Positions 26,986 through 41,071 of a DNA stretch of 64,000 bases are shown here, piece by piece (position 1 is the first letter of the stretch; each line of letters opens with the position of its first letter). The position numbers and the translations under genes are program-made. The notes beneath the pieces were generated by a model that searched no databases, was not told the origin of the DNA, and saw only the letters and a program-made list of their open reading frames with translations. The stretch covers positions 18,117,844 to 18,181,843 of the forward strand of contig NC_068992.1 in assembly GCF_001194135.2 (NCBI RefSeq), written 5' to 3'. This DNA comes from Octopus bimaculoides (Eukaryota).

Positions 26986-27554
26986 AGTAGTGGTTAAGAG
27001 CGCGGCTATTAAACCGAAGATTCCGAGTCCGATTCCAGGCAGTGACGGAAGCTATGCCAACACTATGGAATAACAACAGAAAAAAGATGGTATAAACACA
27101 CGCCAGAAAAGGTCACAGAAAACGAGAAAGCAACCATACTCTGGGATATGCCAATACACACAGATAGAGAAATTAAGGCAAATAGACCAGATATAGTTGT
27201 CAAAGATCATGAAGGAAAAAATGCTTTCTAATTGATGTATCAATACCAGCAGATGACAACGTTTCTCGAAAAGAAATGGAAAAACTTTCAAAATACAAAG
27301 ACCTGGAAATAGAGATAACTCGAATGTGGAGTCTAAANNNNNNNNNNAGAAATACATAACAAAAATATCAGGACTTACAAATATATGTAACATACAGAAA
27401 ATTGCACTACTGGGTACTGCACACATTCTACGCAAAACAATTTCAATACAGTAAACATAAAAGCACCACAGCAAACCACAGCACATACCCAAGGCGCACA
27501 GAGCTGCGCTCGGTAGTGAAGTGAAAGCACGTTATAAAAATAAAACTACTGAAC

Positions 27555-27625
<71 letters not shown>

Positions 27626-27665
27626 TAATAATAACATTGCAAAGTACCTTAGGAATGAGAACCAG
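26978..27665 (+). mobile_element. Third family D copy (head 26978-27046, remainder ~27630-27665) interrupted by a LINE
   Basis: Head gtagtggttaagagcgcgg...ccgattccaggcagtgac; the SINE resumes after (AAT)n with aacattgcaaagtaccttaggaatgagaacc. Confidence 0.8.
27047..27636 (+). mobile_element. 5'-truncated Dong/R4-clade non-LTR retrotransposon: restriction-like endonuclease C-terminus, 3' UTR and (AAT)n tail; frameshifted
   Basis: KLCQHYGITTEKRWYKHTPEKVTENEKATILWDMPIHTDREIKANRPDIVVKDHEG/fs/KCFLIDVSIPADDNVSRKEMEKLSKYKDLEIEITRMW...IQKIALLGTAHILRK; the RPD...D...K..KY pattern is the PD-(D/E)xK RLE signature of R4/Dong. Confidence 0.9.
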
Positions 27666-29417
27666 ATTGAATGATTTAGCATTAAAGCTTCTAATTTATG
27701 TGACTTAATTGTTCTACACTAGATAGTGAGTACAGACATTAAGTGTGATTTCAATCTCAGAGTATCTAAACTATAAATACTCTGGTTGAAGCAGAAAGAA
27801 GAAATGGCGTCGGTTGTAGGAGACTTGCTAATTGCAGACTACACTGCGACCTGTTGGGTTCAACAAAACGGAAAGGATCTACTCCAGTTCATTATATAAA
27901 GGGTTCAGCGGTAAATTGCAAGAATGTTACTGAAGTCAACAATCATTTGATGAGGTCAGGATGCAGCAACAGCCGAAAAGTGATAACTATAATAAAAACA
28001 AAGAAGAAAGGAAAATACTTAGATACGTGTCTGAATATATCTATATTCACTACAATGTTGATGAAGATAGCGATGACGATGATGATACCTAATATGTTAT
28101 TGAAATAATTATTACTAACACGCATAGATAAAGGTTGTGTATAAAATATTTAGGAAAAATTGCCAAGCGATTTCGATTGTCTATTAGCATTGAGCAATTA
28201 GCATTTGGTGCATTTGCAAAATGTAATGTTGGTCGGTAATTAAATTTAACAAGTTTTGCATGTCTGACTTTTCCACTGTGTATTGAAGAGAATTAACCGT
28301 TAATAGCTTTCTAGGAATTTTACACTGCAGTATATAATAATGTCTTGTTATTGACAGTGTATATATTAAGCCAAATGGATTAAGCAGGAAATCATTATTC
28401 ACGGTTATTGTGGAAGAGTTGTGTGTGACTGTTATGTATAACCACTTACACACTAGTGACATTTAATACGAACAGAGGTTAAAATAATGAATGACACTTA
28501 TATTGTAAACATTCTGTCAACACTCTTGTCTTTCTATGGCTTTTGACAACCTCATTCAGCCTATTTTCAGCTAGGTTAATCTTAACTTGAGCAGAATTTG
28601 AGCTCATAACCAATGATTGATAATTCTTTTAGATATCAATGAAATGGTAGATATTACAGAATTGTTTGAATGGCGGACAACAGAATTGTCAGCATATAAT
28701 TGCATCCATTCATGTTCTTAGATCAAATCCTGATACGTTACTTCGATCTTTGGTGCTTTTAAAACGACAAGGACTCGTGAACTTTTCGAGCAGTATACTC
28801 GTCTACACGAACCATATCTGACTCTCTAACAATCTATAGACATATATTTATGTATGGTATGTATGTATGCATGTATGTATTTGCATACGACTGTGTATGT
28901 GCGTGCGTGTGTGTGTACAGTTGAAGGTAGGCGGTACTTTCTCCTTAACCTTCTAGAATATTTCCACAGAAACGATTTCTTTATAGAACTGCTTATCATT
29001 TTCAACATACTTTACGTCTCAGAAATCAGCGTATCCACGGATTGATTAGTATTAAAATATTCAGATAATAACATATTGTTCGAATACAATATAGTTACCG
29101 TTTTACACTCCCAACAAATACCATTTGTGGATGTAGGCCACTTCTAGGTTGCTGAGCTGATTCTTCGCTAAACATTGTGATAAAGTAACAGATTTTCATC
29201 TGCGGTATTGATTATTCACGGAAAGGCATTTGTATCTCACGAGATCTCAATGACGCTCAGTAGCCAACTCCTGTAGGAAGATCACCCGGGGTCTATTGTC
29301 TAACCTTTGACACTCTTCCAAACCTTTTCAATTCACGATGAAGGGTGGTATGACTCATGTTGAAACCTGTACATAGTTTCCAAAATGTGACAGTCGGGTT
29401 TCTTCCAACGGTTCTAC

Positions 29418-30234
29418 GATCATTCGCTGTAAACAATTTTGCCGCAAGAAAACTCGCAGTAGGAGACTTTGCCGTAAGATAATTTCGCGGTATTTATGAT
29501 TTCGAAGATATGCCAGGTAACCCGATTTAGAGAAATTGCAGCTCTGAAACAAAATTGCGTTATATATATGTATANNNNNNNNNNNNNNNNNNNNNNNNNN
29601 NNNNNNNNNNNNNNNNNNNNNNNNNNNNNNNNNNNNNNNNNNNNNNNNNNNNNNNNNNNNNNNNNNNNNNNNNNNNNNNNNNNNNNNNNNNNNNNNNNNN
29701 NNNNNNNNNNNNNNNNNNNNNNNNNNNNNNNNNNNNNNNNNNNNNNNNNNNNNNNNNNNNNNNNNNNNNNNNNNNNNNNNNNNNNNNNNNNNNNNNNNNN
29801 NNNNNNNNNNNNNNNNNNNNNNNNNNNNNNNNNNNNNNNNNNNNNNNNNNNNNNNNNNNNNNNNNNTGTGTGTGTGTGTGTGTGTGTGTTGTGTGTGTGT
29901 ATTTGTGTGTGTTTTATAATTCTGTTGTAGATTTAACTTTTTTGTTTTCTTTTTGTTCTTTGTAAATGTTTATATTGTATTACTTTTATCATAGCAGAAT
30001 TCTTTTTCTCGAAAACCTTATCATCTTTTAGATTGCTTTATCCACCCCACGCGCCCTTGTAGCTTTGCCATAATGATAGGTTGGTTGAAACAATTATATA
30101 TCAAGGGAGCAATTCATCTATTTCTTTTTCGGTGAAATTTTCTTGCGCCAAAATTTCCCATGCGCCGAATTTTCCTATTGTCCCAAATCCTGGGGCGAAT
30201 ATTCCTGCGGCAAAAATGTTTGCGGCAAACATTC
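29418..30234. mobile_element. Possible degenerate TIR DNA-transposon (MULE/foldback-like) ends flanking a gap
   Basis: 29418-29457 matches the reverse complement of 30195-30234 at 30/40 nt; both contain repeated ttgccgca-type submotifs. Confidence 0.45.
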
Positions 30235-30811
30235 CATATTCGCGTCTCAAGACTGACTTTCAATGCATTAAGATCCAACCCTCTTGCGCGGCCTACACTT
30301 GATTCATCCTCCAGGCTATAATTCCCATTTCTCAATCGTGAAAACTCTTCTGTATATTGATTCAGATACTACGTCATCATCACAAGTCTTTTTCAGGGGT
30401 TTTGCTGCTACACTAGCACTGTTCCCCTTTTTAAATTAATAAAGAATAACGTTAGGAACATGTTTTTTGTTTGGAGCGAACATGGAGCCAATACAATGAC
30501 TTCAATTATGATAAAATCGAAATTTGAAAGAAAATGAAAGAAATATATTAATGATTTCGTCATATTTCAAATAGAATTGAATAGTTAAACACCTATATTT
30601 CACTACTATTGCCAAATGAAATACTTTCTCTCTACATTTTGATATAAGGTAAATTTGGATGCTGTCTGTAGCAGGATGCGTACCGGCACAGAAGACTTCG
30701 ATCGTTAACTATTACGCAAAGCATCGTGTTTTTGTGAAGATTCAGAACAGACATAGTTTAGAAACTATCGTGAACGGCGTTTCATTCATAAAAATCCCGT
30801 TATTCAGAATG

Positions 30812-30960
30812 TATGAGGGAGAGTATTGCTCAGTATAACCGATATTTTATGGCTTATTTTCAGCAGGTTGATTGACCGCCGAATTATTTGTGTAGTTTGC
30901 CAATTCTGACGTGACAGCTCGTAAAACTGTTTGGTGTTATAATGAGTTTCTGCACAAAGA
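30812..30960 (+). mobile_element. Possible mariner-like 5' end fragment
   Basis: Starts tatgaggg, resembling a mariner TIR start; otherwise highly diverged. Confidence 0.3.
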
Positions 30961-31214
30961 AACAATTACCTTCTTTTATTATATATGTAAATAAAGTAGA
31001 TTTCAAAGAATTCTCAAGCGTATAGCAGAAATGTGTAACATCATATTAACAAACACTAGACGTTTTATTTTCAATTAATTTTTAATTTGAAGTGAATTTA
31101 TTCGGATGAGTTATACAAATGAAGCCTATAAAATACACTCAACATTTGCTGTTCGTCTACGTTGTTTAATTCTCCCAAAACATTTTCTATTCCTGAAGGT
31201 ATTTTTAACTACTG

Positions 31215-31628
31215 TGAATTATGGTTTTTTCAATTGGAACTAAAAAAAGATGGGTGAATGTAGCAAGAATGGCACGTGTGAATGACGGAGCCACCTTGAG
31301 CATAATCCTATGAACCAGAAAAAGAATGGAAAAAAGGTAGTCACTCAATGTAATGTGTTTTTTGCATGCCATTGTTGTCCGAGGTTACCGTGGTTTGTCT
31401 GCAGGCTTTTCTTTCCCCGCATAAACCTAATCTGTTAACCCTTTTATATTATGACATTCCTGTGATTCACGATCACTATTGATCAGCCTACCCCTTTTTT
31501 TTTTACTTTTCTTTCCTCAATCCCTTTTGATCGAAATTCTACCTCCTTTTTTTCTCTTTCCTTCCCAAAAAGCTCTACTTTGTATTTTGCCCCCCTGTGT
31601 TCAGCCCTGTGTGGCTAATAAAGAAACG
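31215..31628 (+). mobile_element. L1/Tx1-clade LINE 3' end (end of ORF2 and 3' UTR)
   Basis: KRWVNVARMARVNDGATLSIIL*-like ORF2 terminus, pyrimidine-rich UTR, and terminal ctctactttgt...agccctgtgtggctaataaagaaac shared with 43648-43750. Confidence 0.7.
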
Positions 31629-31659
31629 TAATATAGGATAAAGTTCCTTATAAGATAGC

Positions 31660-31894
31660 GGTCATATACACTCATGGGGGTGATTTCTCGGTTTCTGCGG
31701 CGCACATACTATCCCCCACCCAGGATGACACAACGGTTCGTCGCAGGGTTACTCATTTTTGCCAGTTTAGGAGACTAGCAACGTGAAATGAAGTGTTTTC
31801 CTCAAGAACACAACGCGTCGCCCGGGTTAGGAATTGAAACCACAATCTTACAATCATGAGCCCAACACCCTAACCACGGAACCACACGCCTCCA
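31660..31894 (-). mobile_element. SINE family E (tRNA head, CORE-like domain)
   Basis: On -: tggaggcgtgtggttccgtggttagggtgttgggctcatg...gtttcaattcc...gtgttcttgaggaaaacacttcatttcacgttgct. Confidence 0.75.
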
Positions 31895-31914
31895 CTGAGT
31901 CTTTTCCAAAATAT

Positions 31915-32105
31915 CCTTTCTAGAACACTTGAAATTTTGGGAGAGGGGGCTAGTTGATTATATCGACCCCAGTGTTTGACTGGTATTTTTTTATCGACCC
32001 GGAAACGACAACAGGCAAAGTCGACCGCGGTGGAATTTGAACTCAGAACGTAAAGACGGAGGAAATGCATCTAAGTATTTCACCCGACGTGCTAACGACT
32101 TCTCC
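31915..32105 (-). mobile_element. SINE family B
   Basis: Family B core. Confidence 0.85.
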
Positions 32106-34557
32106 AAGATATAAAACTATTTGTTATAATACAGAAAATTAAATCAAACTTCGGAGAAAACAAACTCAAAATCGAAATGTTTTCTCCTTTCAATACTCAA
32201 CGCATTTTGTTTCTTACATGTTACTAAGATATTTTCACTTTAATTNNNNNNNNNNNNNNNNNNNNNNNNNNNNNNNNNNNNNNNNNNNNNNNNNNNNNNN
32301 NNNNNNNNNNNNNNNNNNNNNNNNNNNNNNNNNNNNNNNNNNNNNNNNNNNNNNNNNNNNNNNNNNNNNNNNNNNNNNNNNNNNNNNNNNNNNNNNNNNN
32401 NNNNNNNNNNNNNNNNNNNNNNNNNNNNNNNNNNNNNNNNNNNNNNNNNNNNNNNNNNNNNNNNNNNNNNNNNNNNNNNNNNNNNNNNNNNNNNNNNNNN
32501 NNNNNNNNNNNNNNNNNNNNNNNNNNNNNNNNNNNNNNNNNNNNNNNNNNNNNNNNNNNNNNNNNNNNNNNNNNATTTTTAAGGCTTCGGTAGCATGAGA
32601 GTAAGATTGCATTATTTATATTACGAATCGCATCGTAGGGAATCGAAGTGGGAAAGTTGTGTGGGCGCCTGAAGGATGATCTGGTGAAGTGTCTTGGTTG
32701 AATACTGACTTCAGCATACTGATGTGTTTCATATTTTATATTTTGAAATTATTATAAATATAAATTTCTATAAACTATAAAATATATACTAACCATTCAT
32801 AAACACAAAAAAACTGTTAATTTAACGTCATTAATTGTTTAGTGTTAAAATTCACGTCGCGCTATCTGTGACCTGGTCTCTTCCACAGATTCTTTGCAAC
32901 TTAATTTCAACTAAGGGTCACATGTCTACTGAATTCTCAAATAAATACTGCACCAGTATTTCTATAGTTTAGCTTAGGTAGTTAGGGAGGCTTGTCGAGG
33001 GAGAGGATTCCAACAGATGCATAAATTCATAGTATGTAAAATTTATTATTATCATAAGCCATATCAGTAGTAAAGCGGCAGAATGGTTAGCAGGCCAGAC
33101 AAAGTGCTTGGAAGCGTATTGTCAGTCTCTACGTTAAAAGATCAAATCCTGTTGTGTTCGACTATCCCTTTCACTTTTCCGAGTCAATTGAAGTAAATTA
33201 ACAGGAGGTCTATCTAATCGACCTAACCCATTCCTGAAATTTTCAGACTTTGTACATATAGTATAAGGAATCATCGTTGGCGGTGGTTTTTAGGTTGATG
33301 ATCAAATTCCCTGTAATATCTACATTCTGAGTTCAAAAGCATTTGCGATTAATGTCAACTTTCCTCCTTCCATGCGTCCATAAAATAGAACTCTACTCAA
33401 ATATAATCGATAAACGAGCAGCTTTCCACTTATGAAAATGTATGGCCCCCGAGCTAATTTGAGAAATCAATACGATTATAATTATTTTCTGTTACTGTAT
33501 ATTTCTTATTGTTCTTCTTTTTGCTATATTTCCACTGAATACAGTTACTAAAATCTCATTAATAATCCTTAGTAATACGAAAGTAAAGCTCTTACACAAA
33601 CGTAGTAATACCCATCAAAATAGCTTGATGGAAAAAGTAAATCTATTAGAAAATCACCATTATTCACACAAAGTACATATAAAAAAATGATATTGCTGAA
33701 TCTAAATATACCTAGGTCCCTTTACCGGATTTAAGTAATTACATTTTAGACATTCTGTTCTGTAAGGATTTTTAGAAACATTGCAAGAAACCCATAAATT
33801 AATCTTCGTACGCACCTAAAGCGATTCTACTTGTCGATTGTGTATTTTCATCTGATTTGGCTCATTAACTGATTGTTTACGATTAAATACTTAGCTTCAC
33901 AGATAACTAGGAGATTTTATCTAATATACGGAATTACCAAATAATGCCCCAGATCAGAGAACCTCTATTTCCGTCTAGAAAGCTAGCTACTATTTACAAC
34001 ATCTCTTAATGGATTCTGAAGCTCTAAAATTAGCACAGATACGAAACCATTCAATAGCAATGATAATCAATTTAATAATTTAACAATTGTATTACAGAGA
34101 TTTCTGACCATACTATGAAAACCCGAGATTCTTATGTCTTATTCCTTTGATATAAGAACTACGTACATGCAGTTATTTAACGCTTTCTTTCTTTGTTCAA
34201 CTATCGACCAAGATATCCCAGCTCAAATATTGTATTCAACAGTACTGCTCACAGTTCTGTGACTATGAATATTAATATGCATTTATACTAATCCAGGCAC
34301 ACACATACACCTATACAGTTTCACCACACGCACATATATAACCGGGATTTTATGTGCATATATATTTATATATATATATATATACATACACACAAGCCCA
34401 CACATATATTATATTATATGTATATATAAATACACACACACATATTATGCGCAAAATGGCTGAAAGGTTGTGAAATTCGTTCACAACCACGAGGTTTGCA
34501 CCCACACCATCCCATGTAAAAGATATAGTATTTTCTATACACTTGCTAACACATATT

Positions 34558-34870
34558 CTTTTCTCTTCTACTCTAGGCACAAGGCTTGGAATTTTGGAGG
34601 AGGAGGCTACTCAATTAGGTCAACCGCAGTACACAACTGGTACTTAATTTATTGACCCCCGAAATGATGAAAGGCAAAGTTGACTTCGGCGGAATTTCAA
34701 CTCAGAACGTAAAGACAGACGAAATACCGCTAAGAATTTCGCCTGGCGTGCTAACGTTTCTTATTTCTTTATTGCCCATAAGGGATTAAACATAGAGGGG
34801 ACAAACAAGGACAGGCAAAGGGATTCAGTCGATTACATCGACCCAGTGCGTAACTGGTACTTAATTTATA
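34558..34870 (-). mobile_element. Dimeric SINE family B with a Tx1-like tail, same junction as 5995-6365
   Basis: gcgtgctaacgtttcttatttctttattgcccataagggattaaacatagaggggacaaacaaggacaggcaaaggg. Confidence 0.85.
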
Positions 34871-34959
34871 TATCTCCGCTTTTAAAGAATAATATATTAA
34901 GAATAATATATTACTACGCTTCAGAACATGCGGAACTATTAGAAAACTAAACATTCTAG

Positions 34960-36395
34960 TTTCAAAGAAACAAATCAGTTGCATAAATACACTTATTTCT
35001 ATAATGCAGACAGAACTTGAAGAAAGTGTACGTGTAAGCTAGCTATTTTTTTTACCGAAAAAGTTGCAAAACATTCAGAAAATGATGCCGATGGTGAATT
35101 TGTGAAAGAACGTCTCTTGGCAGTTGCTGAGCATTTATGCTCGGAAGAGTTAAAGATGATTGACAAGATTAGCTTATCTCGCAGGAAAATAACACGATGG
35201 ATTGAGGTAACTGCAGCAGATATTGGAGTTCGCTGTCAGAAGGAATTTTTTTCTTTTTAACGAAAGCACAGATATCCTGAATTCCGTTCAGCTGGCAATT
35301 TTTATACGTGGTGTTCATATATGACATAATAACACTGAAGAATCTCTTTCGGTTAAGACAATGAAAGGTACCGTCACGGGATCTAACATTGATGAGGATC
35401 ATGAAGTGAAAATTCCGACACCGTAGTTCAATCAGTAGTTTCAAAGTTTCATCCATGGTGCTGAAGCCGGGTACCCAGCAATGGTTGGACCTCGGGTAGT
35501 CTTTCCATCTAAATTAAAAGACAAAATTACTTCTTTGAATTTAAGAAAGAATGATTGTGCAAAAATGAATTGAAATGGTTTATGTTCTTGCTTCAACTAT
35601 AAATTTTATAAAATCTGAGCACTTAACCACTACCGGCTTAAGGAGTGTTTCGAGAAACAGGAACCTGACTAGTCTGGTTTACTCCTTTGCAATTCCTTAT
35701 CTGAGTTAAAGGAATATGCTTCAGTGGTTTTATAGGCTCATATCAAAAATATTCACCTGTTTAGGAATAAGTGATTAGTTTGTCCCAACCTGAAAAAGGA
35801 GACCTCGATTCGAGACGCCATTCTTTGATGTCATTTCAATGGGTCGAAACACAAACTGGAAACCAGGTTTTAGTATTTCATTGCTGGAGAAGATTTTGTT
35901 GTTAACCTAATGCCGATGTTAAAGAAATAACCCAGTCGGAACTGCAAATGGAGAAACTGAAGGACAGCTTCGGCGAAAATTTAAGGTCCTATGATTATTG
36001 CGGTTTTATAGAATTTTTGAAGAAAACTGCCTCAAATTAGGGAGCTTCGCTGAAAGATATTCCCACATGTTTGGAAGTACGTATAACTACCGACAATATT
36101 TTAATACAATAAAACTAGACGTAAAAGATTAACAAACATCGATCTTGAAGACAATTGTAAATAAACTTGTAAATATTGGAAAACTTGCCAAAAAAGTACA
36201 AAAACGCCAAGTTAGTCACTAAAATTTGTGAATAAATTATTTCTCTTTACGTCAATAATGAATGAATAATAAATACAGTGTTTCTTGTCTGTATTAGGTA
36301 ATATTTTAATCATTGTATGTGGTTTAGCCGAACTACTTTCCTCATCAATGTTGCTAATGTTTTTTTCGTTTCAAAGCATTTGAGTCGACATGCTC
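34960..36395 (+). mobile_element. Decayed hAT transposon (SPIN/Buster/GTF2IRD2-like transposase) with many stops, frameshifts and deletions
   Basis: ASYFFTEKVAKHSENDADGEFVKERLLAVAEHLCSEELKMIDKISLSRRKITRWIE...NESTDILNSVQLAIFIRGV (the DESTD catalytic Asp is mutated to Asn); later PAMVG, ALNH-like and MFGSTY motifs and a terminal QVSH*. Confidence 0.88.
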
Positions 36396-36900
36396 CATCC
36401 AGCTTGTCATGTCATTTTAATTTGCTGTATTTCATATTTTCGAGTTGCTTCACTTCAGTCGAGATTACTATTTTTCCAAATACAGTAGCTTAATAGAGTT
36501 CGACTAAACCTCATATTTAACAATGAGAAAGTATGATGTTTCTTGAATTTTTTAAGCTCTTGTTGAATGTAATGTTTTCGGAATTTGAAAAAATTGGGGA
36601 TTTTAAGTAAGGAAGATCATACGTGTAAACATCTTTCGCTTTAAAAACTGGAAACATTCAAAATGGTATTGCTACCTTTGTACTTGAAATATAACTTTTA
36701 CAGCAATATTATAATTTATTAAAATATAAACACACCTTACTGGTTTTAAATACATTTTTATATTAATGTTATCTTTCAATTTATAAGATACCAAAGAAAT
36801 TGTTTAATGATTATATTGTGAAATGTACACACATGGTTAGAAAGTACGTTTTGTTCACACACATACACGCATACATACGCATACACATACATACGTATAT

Positions 36901-37184
36901 ATTGTATAAAGGATTGTGATTAAAGCCAGAACTATGCGAAGTAAAAGCAACGAAAATCACAAGAAAACAATTACATGAATTGATGTGTTGATGTAGACTT
37001 ACCTTGCATTCAATATTTCGAACTGATGACCCCATCCTCAACAAATTAACGATTGAGGATGGGACCATAACCTCAAAGTACTGAATGCATGGTAAGTCTA
37101 TATTAATTCATATATTTGTTTTCTTGTGACTTACCTCGCTTTTATTTCGCATTGTCTGGCCTTAGCCACAATCCTTTATACAAT
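36901..37184. repeat. Long imperfect fold-back, ~130-140-bp arms, 11-nt loop at 37042-37052
   Basis: Matching blocks on both arms: attgtataaaggattgtg, tcacaagaaaacaa, tagacttacc, tgcattca, cccatcctcaa. Confidence 0.9.
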
Positions 37185-38624
37185 GTATTCTACACAATTC
37201 TTCATAGTAACTATTCCATTATAATATGTATGTATGTATATATATATATATATATATATATNNNNNNNNNNNNNNNNNNNNNNNNNNNNNNNNNNNNNNN
37301 NNNNNNNNNNNNNNNNNNNNNNNNNNNNNNNNNNNNNNNNNNNNNNNNNNNNNNNNNNNNNNNNNNNNNNNNNNNNNNNNNNNNNNNNNNNNNNNNNNNN
37401 NNNNNNNNNNNNNNNNNNNNNNNNNNNNNNNNNNNNNNNNNNNNNNNNNNNNNNNNNNNNNNNNNNNNNNNNNNNNNNNNNNNNNNNNNNNNNNNNNNNN
37501 NNNNNNNNNNNNNNNNNNNNNNNNNNNNNNNNNNNNNNNNNNNNNNNNNNNNNNNNNNNNNNNNNNNNNNNNNNNNNNNNNNNNNNNNNNNNNNNNNNNN
37601 NNNNNNNNNNNNNNNNNNNNNNNNNNNNNNNNNNNNNNNNNNNNNNNNNNNNNNNNNNNNNNNNNNNNNNNNNNNNNNNNNNNNNNNNNNNNNNNNNNNN
37701 NNNNNNNNNNNNNNNNNNNNNNNNNNNNNNNNNNNNNNNNNNNNNNNNNNNNNNNNNNNNNNNNNNNNNNNNNNNNNNNNNNNNNNNNNNNNNNNNNNNN
37801 NNNNNNNNNNNNNNNNNNNNNNNNNNNNNNNNNNNNNNNNNNNNNNNNNNNNNNNNNNNNNNNNNNNNNNNNNNNNNNNNNNNNNNNNNNNNNNNNNNNN
37901 NNNNNNNNNNNNNNNNNNNNNNNNNNNNNNNNNNNNNNNNNNNNNNNNNNNNNNNNNNNNNNNNNNNNNNNNNNNNNNNNNNNNNNNNNNNNNNNNNNNN
38001 NNNNNNNNNNNNNNNNNNNNNNNNNNNNNNNNNNNNNNNNNNNNNNNNNNNNNNNNNNNNNNNNNNNNNNNNNNNNNNNNNNNNNNNNNNNNNNNNNNNN
38101 NNNNNNNNNNNNNNNNNNNNNNNNNNNNNNNNNNNNNNNNNNNNNNNNNNNATATATATATATATATATATATATACATACATATAGACATAGGCGTGTG
38201 TGTAGACACACATATACTCACCGGATTTAGTAGCTGTCTCACAAATTTGACCCCGCCTCCGTTACATTATTCTACATCAGCAAGGTTACTTATAATATCT
38301 ACAGACAGAGGGGACCAATATCCTGCTTTACCATTCAATACACTAAGAATATCTACATTTTTACAGTAGTGGAGAGTTTTCTAACGTGATATATGACATA
38401 CATATATCTTGGTGATACGACTTGTTTGAAAAAGGTTTTATTTCGTTTATGAAAGCAGCGTAACTGACACCGGTTTTAGGTTATGTCAGGTGAAGAGGAA
38501 ACTTGATAGTGTGACAAACTGTTGACTCCATTGACACGACTCTATACAATTGTTATCATGGAGCACTTCCATTGTCTGATACACCATATTCAATAAACAC
38601 TACCGCGTAAACTCGACGACGACT

Positions 38625-40078
<1,454 letters not shown>

Positions 40079-40207
40079 TGTTCATAAGGGTTGTGCCTTT
40101 GGTGTGTGAGTGTCCATAATAAATGTATACATACACATATGCCTAAACACGCACACATACACACAGGCATATACACATATGCAGAAAGGCACACACACAC
40201 ACACACG

Positions 40208-40251
<44 letters not shown>

Positions 40252-41036
40252 AATATATCTCTCTCCGTGTGTGTGTGTATATANNNNNNNNNNNNNNNNN
40301 NNNNNNNNNNNNNNNNNNNNNNNNNNNNNNNNNNNNNNNNNNNNNNNNNNNNNNNNNNNNNNNNNNNNNNNNNNNNNNNNNNNNNNNNNNNNNNNNNNNN
40401 NNNNNNNNNNNNNNNNNNNNNNNNNNNNNNNNNNNNNNNNNNNNNNNNNNNNNNNNNNNNNNNNNNNNNNNNNNNNNNNNNNNNNNNNNNNNNNNNNNNN
40501 NNNNNNNNNNNNNNNNNNNNNNNNNNNNNNNNNNNNNNNNNNNNNNNNNNNNNNNNNNNNNNNNNNNNNNNNNNNNNNNNNNNNNNNNNNNNNNNNNNNN
40601 NNNNNNNNNNNNNNNNNNNNNNNNNNNNNNNNNNNNNNNNNNNNNNNNNNNNNNNNNNNNNNNNNNNNNNNNNNNNNNNNNNNNNNNNNNNNNNNNNNNN
40701 NNNNNNNNNNNNNNNNNNNNNNNNNNNNNNNNNNNNNNNNNNNNNNNNNNNNNNNNNNNNNNNNNNNNNNNNNNNNNNNNNNNNNNNNNNNNNNNNNNNN
40801 NNNNNNNNNNNNNNNNNNNNNNNNNNNNNNNNNNNNNNNNNNNNNNNNNNNNNNNNNNNNNNNNNNNNNNNNNNNNNNNNNNNNNNNNNNNNNNNNNNNN
40901 NNNNNNNNNNNNNNNNNNNNNNNNNNNNNNNNNNNNNNNNNNNNNNNNNNNNNNNNNNNNNNNNNNNNNNNNNNNNNNNNNNNNNNNNNNNNNNNNNNNN
41001 NNNNNNNNNNNNNNNNNNNNNNNNNNNNNNNNNNNN

Positions 41037-41071
<35 letters not shown>

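Noticed and set aside
37022-37075. CTGATGA immediately before a hairpin
   Set aside because: No GAAA after the stem; it is part of the fold-back arm.
38221-38385. Strong minus-strand donor CCG|GTGAGT
   Set aside because: The upstream frames close quickly and no good acceptor gives an open exon.
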